NCBI GenBank assembly: GCA_964016885.1
Contig: OZ024740.1
Location: 69,688,001-69,752,000 of the forward strand
Reading direction: 5' to 3'
From: Eledone cirrhosa
Taxonomy: Eukaryota
Length of the DNA: 64,000 bases
How positions within the stretch are numbered: position 1 is the first letter of the stretch; each line of letters begins with the position of its first letter. The notes beneath the pieces were generated by a model. That model worked only from the letters and a program-made list of their open reading frames with translations, was not told where the DNA came from and made no database searches. This document shows positions 53,401 to 64,000 of the stretch, in pieces. A program made the position numbers and the translations under genes.

Positions 53401-53933
53401 TATCTATCGACCAAGTTAAAACGGTCGAGTAACCCCTTGAGGCTGTTACACCCCCCTCTATTAGGACATGCTCCTGCATAGTCCCAACGTGCATCCAGGA
53501 TGTCATTCCAATCCCCCGCTAGAAGCAGGGAACGCGACGTTCCCAGAAAAGTCTCCAAACGCTGGAAGAAGTCGGGCCGTCCAGCTCCGAAAGGGGAGTA
53601 GACGGCGACCAGTCTCAAGGCCGCACTTTCACTACTGCCAACGTCTAGCACCAACAAACGACCCTCCGAGTCCGAGTGCACAACCTGTACGGCAAGACCC
53701 AGGTGTTTTTGCAGCAGTACGACAACCCCACCCCCACCTCGAGGTTGACAGAGAGATGCATGCACCTCAAAGTCATCGAAGGTGGGGGCCAGCTGCCGCA
53801 CGACGCTGATTCGAGTCTCACAGATAACCATTACATTTATACTACATGACCTGAGGTCATTTAGAAGCTTTGCTTGCTTCCAAGTTGAGCCCAGGCCACG
53901 TGCATTCAAACATCCTACTCTTAACACATCCAT
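50496..53933 (-). pseudogene. Tx1 ORF2 (APE-RT-zinc finger), one in-frame stop at 51882
   Basis: LNARGL, GDWN, SYLDR, TDH, GPGYWKLN, KSPGLDG, NFRPITLLN, LDQSKAFDRV, RQGCPLS, V*AYADD, CPRC..ETVAHAL..C. The two ORFs are in the same frame. Confidence 0.9.
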
Positions 53934-54026
53934 GTGGGCGGCAGAGCCAAAGGAGAGTGTAGAGACCTACCTTTCCGCTTCCCGGGGTTCGGGTTGCACG
54001 ACTTCCATGGGGTCGGGGGTGTTGGG

Positions 54027-55854
54027 TTAAGGGGTGTCTTGTGGTGGTGTGGGGTCGTCAGTGTGTGGTGGGGTTGGGGTGTTTGGAGTTGTGTTGGGGA
54101 GGGGAAGGGGAGGGGGAAAGCTTTTTAGTAGGACGCGGTTTATGGGTTTGACAGAGGGTGGTCCTACATCCTCCTTAAAATCCTTTTTAAGTTTTTGGTA
54201 GAGGTTCATTGGGATCTTTATTAGTTTTAAATGTGGGTAGTTTTCTGACGAAACAAAGTTTACACCTTCGGTTTGTACTGAAGGATTATTGTATATGAGC
54301 TCATTTAATTTATTATTGTTTCTGTTGATGTAAGTATAGTGTAATGTCTTTTTTTCCGATGGTGTGAGTGTTTCGAAGAGGGGAGGGGCAGGTTTGGTTT
54401 TGTTTGTTGCTGGAGGGGTGTTTTCTGTTTTGTTGGATTGTGTTGAGATTTGGGTGGGGGTTGTTTGTCCTTGTGTGTTTTGCACATGTTTTCTTTTTTT
54501 CCTTTTAATCTGTCTGAAGGACTCCGTTTCTTCCTCCGAATTCGTTGGGTTATCTTCAGTGTTGGAGGGAAGAGGTATGTTTGCTGGTAATGTTTCCGTG
54601 TTGGTTTTCTTTGTGGGGGAGATGGATGTCACTATGTTAGACTGTATTGTGTGTTGTGTCTGCGGTGGTTGTGTTGTTTTATTGAGTGAGAGGTTGGGTG
54701 GGCCTGTATTTTGTTTTGGGGTAATGTGTTGTGACTGTTTGTGTTGTGGTGATGTTGTGGTTTTACTGAGGGACGGGTTGGGTGGGACTGAGTTTTGTTG
54801 TTTGTTTATCTGTTGTGGTGGTGGTGGTGGAGCTGGTGTTGGTAGCAGGGTTTTCTTTTTGTTGAGTTGGGGACAAGCGGCCTTCAGGTGCCCTCTGCCT
54901 GCACAGATATGGCAGGACGGCCTTCTCCCCTCCACGCTAATGTTTATATACCCGTGGTCCTCTAATAGGATTCTGTCGGGTATTTGGGCGATGCGTTCAG
55001 GCTTCATTTGTACTACCAGCTCTATACCTGTTCCACTGAACGCATTGCCTGTGGTTTTCACGTTGTCATTCACTGGATCGATGAAGCCAGCTATGAGCCA
55101 GCAGTAGTCCACATCTGGCATCATTGCATCCAGCCATATGCGTTGAGTTCTTTTCCCCATATAAGATGGATAAAAGGTGAAATTTTTCGAACGAATCGGT
55201 GACAAAGCACATTTTTTTGCCGCCGATTCGTTCTTCATGATAATTGCTAGGCTTCCATACAGTCTGTCTTTTCTTATGAAAGTGGTTTCATTAAGTACTT
55301 CTGTGAGTACTGTTTTGATATCTGCTTGAGAAGGCTGTTCAGGTTTTTTTGTACTGTTGTTGATGGTCCGAAACTTGACCGTTCGGCTTTCAATGTCTTT
55401 CGTGAATTCTTGAGGCATTTTTACCGATAAAATACCATTCTCTCCTTCACTTATGTATTGTTTGGCGTCCGTGATCCTTCGTACCACATCTGAAATGGTT
55501 TCCGCTATATAAGTCAAAGATTTCTTTGTTTTCTGTGCAAATGAAATCTTGTCGTCTGCTTTGTTTTCTGATATGGTGTTATTTTCAACTGTTATTTTTG
55601 TGTTTGTTGTGTCTTTGTTTGTTATTAGTATTGTCATGCAATTTTCCAAATTTTTTTTTTTCGTTGTTGGAATCCAAGTCCAGATTTGTGTTTTCGTCAT
55701 TTAATTTTTTCTCCGCAGATTCGTCCGTTTTTATTTTAATTTTTCCTTCCTTCTCTATGACGTTAGTTGGGAAGGAAGGGAGGACTAAAGCGTGCGAGCT
55801 TACAACTCTTACCGCTGTCCCCCCACCACTATTTTCGTTCGCTGCGTTTAACAT
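54027..55854 (-). pseudogene. Tx1 ORF1 (gag-like, CCHC knuckle), frameshifted at a poly-A run near 55655
   Basis: VEGRRPSCHICAGRGHLKAAC zinc knuckle upstream of ORF2; ORFs 55585-55854 and 54027-55700 overlap at a homopolymer. Confidence 0.8.
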
Positions 55855-56086
55855 TTCTGTTAGACGATTGAAATTTTTTACACAAAATTTTTTAAAACAG
55901 GTTTTTCACCTCTAGGAGGGGTAAAGATGAGCTGACCCACCGCCTGACAGTTCAGACGGAGGGTCAAGCTACACAATTGTATCAAAATTAAGTTTGAACT
56001 CACAAAATTTCCTCAATAAATTTGAACAAAACTTCTGTGCGAAGTGAATGACATCCACACTGTAGAACAGACGACAGCTAGAACAT

Positions 56087-56176
<90 letters not shown>

Positions 56177-56206
56177 GGATAGATAGATAGATGGATAGAT
56201 AGATAA

Positions 56207-59200
56207 GTTTCTATTTATTTGCCACGAAGGCACAAAAGAACGGGACAAATAGAAGGGGGGAATTTACATTAAGGAACGAGTAAAAAACAAATAACAAATA
56301 TAAAATTAAGAGTACAGTCCTCAATAGGGAAGAGGCGTTTTGAGGGTTACACACACCCCCGAAAAAGTGTGCAACCCTTTTCCTTAGGAGCACAGAGAGG
56401 AGGTGCTCCTTTGCATTTCCACCTTTCCACCTACAGGCTGATAAAGAGAGAAGGCCCATTCACACGGGCCATTCTCGCTACTTTCACCCACCTTTCATAA
56501 AACTTGCTGGGGTAGAGCACCTCTCTCTACATTCTGATCCTTCTCTTAAAATAGTATTTAAAGAAAAGGAGAGAAAGGTGTCCGATCTCAGCCCTTTCAA
56601 ACGTGTCCACCATACCACCTCTTTCACTATGGCTATTACACAGAGGAAGACCGCCTCTCCTTCATTTTTGAAAGGGGGAGGCGGCTTGATCGTTACAATG
56701 GACTTAGTGGTCAACCGGATTGGTCCCACCCGTAACAGCAGTCGTTCGACATAGCCCCACAGATCGGCAACGCCCGAGCAGTGTACCAATGCGTGCGCAA
56801 CGGTTTCCTCGTCGCGCACGCATCTGGGACAGATTTTTTTCGAGGAGTCCCTACCCGGGCGCCCGTGTCTGTAGAGCTTTTCTTGAACGGGCAGTGCCAC
56901 TCGGTAGCACTGCCAGGCCAGGGACTTCTGGAAGTTGTCCATAGGTCCCGGGCCAAATGTCCTCCCGAATAGGCTGGCCAGTTCGTCTTCCTCCATGTCT
57001 AGGGCTTGTCCGAGGGCGTTGTCGCACCTACTAACCACCAGCCCTCTATAGAATGACGAGGTGGAGTCGCCACCGATAGTCGGGTCCGCCTGCCAGAGAG
57101 CCGCGAGTGCCTGGGCACACTCGGTGTGCCAGGCGCCCAGTTTTCTCGGTCTTTGCTTGACGCAGGACTGCAGCTCGGTGAGCGAGACGAGTCATGGAAA
57201 GGCTCTCCTCACAAACGGGGCCCACACCGGTTGACCGGTGAGGAATACCTGGAGGTGCCGTAGCCTTAATGCGTGTTTACGCATCAGCAGCCACGTTATC
57301 CCCAGCCCTCCTTTCGAATGGTGTTGACAGCAGATGGATCTCCTCACCAAAGGAGCCCGCTTCTTCCAAAGGAATTGGAAGAGTGCGCGCTCCATTTTGG
57401 TGAGCGTTTCCCTTGGGCAAGGCACGACGGTCAAGCCGTAATAGATGACGGACGCTATATAAGTGTTCACCAACTTCGCCCGACCTTTCAGGGATAGTTT
57501 GCACTCAGCCCACTTCCGCGTCAGCGCAAACAACCTGTTCGATACCTCACCCCTGTTCTTCTCCACCTGGAGGTCTGGCCCGAACCAGACCCCGAGAAAC
57601 TTCACCGGCCCTCCGTCCAACGTCCGACGACGCCGTTGAAGGCCATCGGTTTGCCCCTCCACTCGCCGAGCTCCAAACAGACTGACTTGTCCCGGTTCAG
57701 CTTAGCCCCTGTAAACGTTTCGTATTCCTCCAGTAAGGTGCCGATCACTCCGATTTCCGAGGCGGTTGACACCATTACTGTCACGTTATCGGCGTAGGCC
57801 GACACCGCTTTCCGCAATCCCAGTTCCAAAGGGATACCCTGTAACAAAACCAACTTCCGCAGCAGTGGCTCTAGGGCCAATACATACAGAAGAGAGGAGA
57901 GAGGGCATCCCTGTCGGCTGGACCGCGTGATTTCGAACGGCTCCAAGAGGTAGCCGTTCACCTTAACCCTAGAGCAGATGCGGCTGCTGTGCATGGCAGT
58001 GATCCAGCCCCTGAAAACGGGTCCGAAACCTGCCGCCACTAGCACCGCTTCCAGGTAACGATGGTCGACCCTATCGAACGCCTTAGATTGATCCAAGTTG
58101 ATCAGGGCCCCACCAAAGCCGGGTTCGTTCCCAACCCTCACTATGATGTATCGCATGAGATGGAGGTTGTGGTGAATGGACCCGACAAGCGCCAACCTCT
58201 TTGCTAATACCTTGACCAAAATCTTTAACTCTGCATTTAGCAGTGTTATGTGCCTAAAATTACTTATTTCATCCCCCTTGTTCTCGTCCTTAACTAACGT
58301 ACTAATCTGGTTCCTGTAAGCTTTACTTGTCGGTAAGGACAAGTTGAGCTTCCAGTAACCGGGTCCCTGTCTATGCGTTCTGTCAAGGTTGCCCATGGAG
58401 GTCAATAACTTGTGGTCTGAAAAGCCAACTATGAGCATTTTTGGACAACTTAAAAAGTCCCTATCCTTATTTCTAACTAAGAACCTATCTAGGTACGATC
58501 TAGATTGACCGCTGTGGTTTCTCCAAGTCCAGGTTGGCACAGTCGGAAAATCTAGTCGATATCTATCAGCCAAGTCGAATCGGCCAATTAACCCCTTGAG
58601 GCTGTTACAACCCCCTATATCAGGACATGCCCCTACATAGTCCGAAATTGCATCTAGGATACCATTCCCCACCAAAAGCAAGGAGCAGGCGTCCCTAGAA
58701 AAGTCTCCAGACGATGGAAGAAGTCCGGCCGCGTTGACCCAAAAGGGCCGTAGACGGCGACTTGCCTAAAAGCTCCGCCTTCGCCACTGCCAATGTCCAG
58801 AACCACTAGTCGACCCTCCGGGTCCAAGTGTACCGTCTGCGTAGCAAGACCCAGATGTTTTTGCAGCAGAACGACAACCCCACCCCCACCTCCGGGCTGA
58901 CAGAGAGTTGCGTGCATCTCAAAGTCATCAAAGGTAAGGGCCAGCTATCGCACGCTGCTGATCCGGGCCTCGCAAATAACCATCACATTTATTCATCGTC
59001 ACCTGAAATCATTTAGAAGCATTGCTGGCTTCCAATGTGAGCCCAGGCCACGCGCATTTAGACAACCTATTCTCAACACTGCAATGTTGGTGGTAAAGAG
59101 AAAAGGCACTTGCCTCTCTGCGTCACAATTTCCATGGGGGTGGGGGATGGGTTGTTGGATAGGATGGTGATTTGTGGAAGTGTAGGGGCTCAGTGTGTGG

Positions 59201-61125
59201 TGCCGTTGGGGTATTTGGAGTTGTGTGGGTGTCTGGCGGGGGATTTTTTAGGAGGACACGGTTAATGGGTGTGACGCAGGGGGGGATCCCACGTCCTCTT
59301 TAAAAGTGTCTTTTAACGTTTTGTAAATGTCCATTTTGTCATTTTTAGATGCGAAATTGAATCTTCGGTTTTTATTAAGTTGTTATTATAAATAACGTTT
59401 AACAGTTTTTTGTTTATTGTATTTATGTAGGTATATGCAAATTTTTCTTTTTGCGTGATGTTTTTTGTTTGCTGTTGTTCTGTGTTTTTTTTGTGTTGAT
59501 GTCTGTGTTATGTATTGGGGAGGGGTTGTTTGTATTTGTGTTCCTGTGGTGTTTTCTTTTTTTTCTTTTAACTTTATGAAAGTGCCCCCCCCCCCCTCGT
59601 CTGACGACGAAAGGGGGGCGTTTTCCGTATTGAGGGGAGGGGTTCATTTTCGGCTCGTGTTTGTGGTGTGGGTATTATTGTATTTGTTTTCTGGGGGGGG
59701 GGGTTCAGTTGTGTTTTAACGTGTGGTGTTAGTTGTTTTTTTGATGGTGGTGGAGGTTGTGTTGTTAGTGTTTTAGTTGTTGGTGTGGGCAAAATCGGTG
59801 TTTTTTGTTTGCTTGGGAACAGGCAGCCCTCAAGTGACCTCTGCCACCACGGAGGTAACAAGCGGGTCGTCTACCCTCCACTGTGATGTGTAAGTAGGCA
59901 AGCCCATCCAGCAATATGCGGTTGGGGATCCTAGCAATTCGTTCTGGCTGCATTTGCACCAGAACCTGCAGGTTCGTTCCACCGAACACGTTGCTGGAAG
60001 ACTTACCTACCGAAATTACTGCATCCTCTTTCAAGTCGAGGAGGCCACACATTACCGCCCAGAAATCAATATCTGGATCGATACTGTGTATGGTCAATCT
60101 TTGTGTTTTTCTTCCCAAATAAGTGGGGAAGAAAGTAAATAAGGGGGACACAATTGGGGCCAGGGAATGTTTTTCGGCCGTCAATTTATCTTTCATTCGG
60201 ATGGATAGACTACCGTAGAGTCTATCCTTCCGAATGAATACAATGTTTTTCAGATGATCTTCTATAGCCAGTTCAATCTCTGTCTGTGTGAGTTGTACTG
60301 GCTTACAGGTCTTGTTTGATATTGTCCTATAATAATAGTTTTTAAGCTATTTTCATTTTTTAGCTCTGAGGGAGAATTTAAAGAAAATAGACCATTCTCC
60401 TCCAAAGTTATATACTTCCGTATATTTTCCATTTGCCTGGCCATGTTCAAAATGTCAATAGGTTCGTACACGATAGTTTTTTTATGCTTTGCGCGAACGT
60501 CATTTTGTTCGCCCCCTCTCTGTTTACAATTGTCGAAATGTGGTTTTCTTGTTTTTTGTTGTTACAATTTTCATTTTTTGTTGTGTTTGTGTTATTTATG
60601 TTGGTGTATGCGTTCACATGTTTTCCCCGTTGGGGTTTGACTCCATTTTTTCAAAATGTTAACTTATATTTTCAGTATCCGAGAGACTCGTAGTTACAGC
60701 CATTAGTTCTCTTTCAGCTTTGCTGGTGGGTGTGGCGCCGTGAAAAGTCGAAACGCATCCATTAATGTTGGCAATTTCTCAGAGTCAATATTTTTCACAT
60801 TTTTTCATTAGGGTTAGGTTCCATTTTTTTCAATGTTTCTAATAATTATTATTCTTTCAGTAGGGAGGTTTGTTGCCTCCGCTACCCGCTCTCCTTCAGT
60901 TTGTTTAGTGGGCGTGTCATCGTTACCTGTGGTAATGGCTTCCATTACCACTAGCGTAGAGACAATTACAAGAAAGGAGTGAAATAAATTAACCCTAATG
61001 TCCGAAGACCCAGACAAGGGGGTTAATTAACACAATAACGCAAGAATACAGACAAACACTTACTGTTAACACGTAATATCTCCAATACACGCGGAGCCGA
61101 TGTGAAGCACGTCTACCCCATCCAG
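56207..61125 (-). mobile_element. Tx1 LINE copy 2, decayed with internal deletions and a divergent ORF1/5' end
   Basis: Fragmented ORF2 (56484-59085) and ORF1 pieces (VEGRRPACYLRGGRGHLRAAC); GATA repeats at both ends. Confidence 0.85.
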
Positions 61126-61140
61126 AGATAGATAGATATC

Positions 61141-61469
61141 TTTCTTTATTTGCCACAGGGGCGTCCAAAAATGGGACATTACAAGATGTGACGGCGGGGG
61201 CTTTAAATAAAATATTTAACAATGATGAATAACAATACACTATATATAAAATAAAACAATCGAAATCACCATTAGAGTGGAAGGAACGTTACTGCAGGGT
61301 TGTTTTACACCCCGTGGATAGAACAATCCTCAACACCAGGAACCCGCCTTGTAGGTGTTCCCGTCTTCCCTCTGTTTATCTTCCTCAACTTACAGGTTTA
61401 TATACAGAGAAAGCCCATTCACTCGGGTCATTTTCGCCACATTCACCCACCTTTCAGCGAATTTACTGG

Positions 61470-61470
<1 letters not shown>
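61141..61470 (-). mobile_element. Short 5'-truncated Tx1 3' end (related subfamily)
   Basis: 3' terminus TTTCTTTATTTGCCAC and the last codons resemble the other copies; lies between GATA tracts. Confidence 0.7.
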
Positions 61471-61521
<51 letters not shown>

Positions 61522-61522
<1 letters not shown>

Positions 61523-64000
61523 CTTTCTATTTATTTGCCACCAGGGCATCAAAGATTGGGACAAATACAAGAGGGGGAGTTTACATACATTTCAAGGGAC
61601 GTGTAAAAACATATAACAAATTAAATTCAACAATCGAAGTCCTCAATAGGGAGGGGGCGTTGACGTGTTCGCACACATCCCCGAAAAAAGTGTGCAACCC
61701 TCCTCCTCAGGAGCACAAAGAGCGGGTGCTCCCTTCCTCTCCTCCTTCCTCTCCTCTCTCACCTACAGGCTGATATAGAGAGAAGGCCCATTCACACGGG
61801 CCATTCTCGCCACTTTCACCCACCTTTCCTAAAACTTGCTGGAGTAGAGCACCTCTCACTCCATTCTGATCCTTCTTCTAAAATGGTACTTGAAAAAAAG
61901 GACCAGTTGTTGGCCGGAGAGAAAAGTGTCTGTCCTCAGCCCTTTCAACATCGTCCACCATGCTACCTCTTTCGCCATAGCTATCACACAGAGGAAAACC
62001 GCCTCTCCTTCGTTTTTGAAGGGGGAGGCGGTTTGATCGTGACAATGTACTCAGTGGTCAACCGGATTGGTTACACCCGCGACAGTAGTCGTTCCACATA
62101 GCCCCACAGGTCAGCGACGCCCGGGCAGTGTACGAATGCGTGCGCGACGGTTTCCACGTCACGCAAGCATCTCGAAGAGATCTTCTTCGAGGGGTCCCTA
62201 CCCGGGCGCCCGTGTCTGTAGAGCTTATCCCGAACGGGTAGAGCTCCTCGGTAGCACTGCCAAGCCAGGGACTTTCGGAAGTTGTCCATCGGTCCCCGGG
62301 CCAAACGTCCTACCGAACAGACTGGCTAGCTCGTCTTCCTCCATGCCCAGAGCCTCTCCGAGAGCATTGTCGCACTTGCTGCGCACCAACCCTCTATAGA
62401 ATGTTGAGGTTGAGTCTCCACTGATTGTCGGATCCGCTTGCCAGAGGGCTGTGAGTGCCTGGGCACATCCAATGTGCCAGTTGCCCACTTTTCTCAGTCT
62501 TTGCTTGACCCAGGATTGCAGCTCGGTGAGTGAGACAAGTCTCGCAAAGGCTCGCCTCACAAAAGGGGCACACACCGGATGAACGGTGAGGAATACCTGG
62601 AGGTGCCGTAGTCTTAATGCGTGTTTACGCATCAGCAGTCACGGCAACCCCAGCCCTCCGTTCGAAGGGTGATGACAGCAGATGAATCTTCTCACCAAAG
62701 GGCCCGCTTCTTCCAAAAGAATCGGAAGAGCGCGCGCTCCATTTTGGCGAGCATTTTCGCTGGGCAAGGCACGACGGTCAAGCGGTAGTAGATGACGGAC
62801 GCGAAAAGTGTTCGCTACGACGGACGCGAAAAGTGTTCGCTACGACGGACGCGAAAAGTGTCCGCTCGACCTTTCAGGGATAGTTTGCACTCGACCCACT
62901 TCTGAGTGAGTGCAAATACCCTGCCCGTTAACTCTTCCCAGTTTTTCTCCACCTGGAGGTCCGGTCCGAACCACCCCGAGCAGCTTCACCGGTCCCTCCG
63001 TCCAGCGTCCGACGACGCCGTCGGAGGGCATCGGTTTGCCTCTCCACGTTCCGAGTTGCAAACCGACGGACTTGTCCCGGTTCAGCTTGGCTCTTGTAAA
63101 CCTTTCGTATTCCTCCAGTAAGGTGCCGATCTGCCCGATTTCCTAGGCGCACGACACCATTACTGTCACGTCATCGGCGTAGGCCGAAACCGCTTTTCAC
63201 AATCCCGTTTCCAACGGGATTCCCTGAAACAGGTCCAACTCCCGCAGTAGTGGTTCGAGAGCCAGCACATACAGAAGGGAGGAGATAGGGCATCCCTGTG
63301 GGTTGGATCGCGCGATTTGGAACGGCTCCGAGAGGTAGCCGTTCACCTTAACCCTCGAGCAGGTGCTGCTGCTGTGCATTGCAGCAATCCAGCCCCTGAA
63401 AACAGGTCCGAAGCCTGCCGCTGCGAGCACCGTATTCACGTACCGATGGTCGACACTATCGAACGCCTTAGATTGATCCAAGTTCATCAGGGTCCCACGA
63501 AAGCCGGGTTCGTTCCCTACCCTCTCTACGATGTATCGCATGAGGTGGAAGTTGTCGTGTATGGACCTGGACGGGATTGCATTGTCTGCGCTTCTCCCAC
63601 CAGGGTCCCGACGACAAGCGCCAACCTCTTCCCTAACACCTTGGCCAAAAATCTTTAACTCTGTGTTAAGCAGAGTTATGGGCCTGAAGTTATCTATGTC
63701 ATCCCCTTTGTTCTCGTCCTTCCTCACCAGCGGGACTACGCCCTTGGTCACAGAACTGGGAATTCTCCCGTTCTGTTGCCAGTTGCAGTAGACCGCCTCG
63801 AGGAGATCGGAGAACAAGTCCGGCATCGCTACATAAAGTTGTATGGTAGACCATCGAGACCGGGAGATTTGCGTTTGCCGCATAGGCTCAGCGCTTCCTT
63901 TATTTCAGCGGCTGAAATCGGCCTTTCGCAGGACTTCGCTTCCCTGTCCGAGAGCCGCGGCAGACCGTCGAGGTATGGAGCGAAATCCTCACCCAGCTCG
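61522..64000 (-). mobile_element. Tx1 LINE copy 4, decayed, continuing beyond the window
   Basis: RT motifs NFRPITLLN, LDQSKAFD, QGCPIS, AYADD with frameshifts; 25 bp triplication at ~62793-62862. Confidence 0.85.

Overview
Repeat-dominated eukaryotic (animal) DNA. The SINE family, the heavy (TA)n/(TACA)n/(GATA)n load and the element mix suggest a cephalopod such as Octopus (inference). No host protein-coding gene can be supported, and most ORFs in the track are microsatellite artefacts. Contents: a decayed hAT-type transposase; many tRNA-derived SINEs; four copies of a ~600 bp RTE-derived non-autonomous element; a Tc1/mariner-type MITE; two non-autonomous Helitrons; R4/Dong-like and CRE-like RLE retrotransposon relics; one RTE-group LINE with an intact 1044-aa ORF; a Penelope-like (probably Naiad) element forming a ~2.8 kb inverted repeat; and a head-to-tail array of Tx1-clade LINEs separated by (GATA)n. 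The most striking unannotated signal is a set of sequence-unrelated, non-coding fold-back elements sitting in (TA)n tracts, several of which carry clear type I hammerhead ribozyme motifs. They probably represent several families of non-autonomous Penelope-like or retrozyme-like elements clustered around an autonomous-type PLE. All structures were read by eye, so boundaries are approximate.
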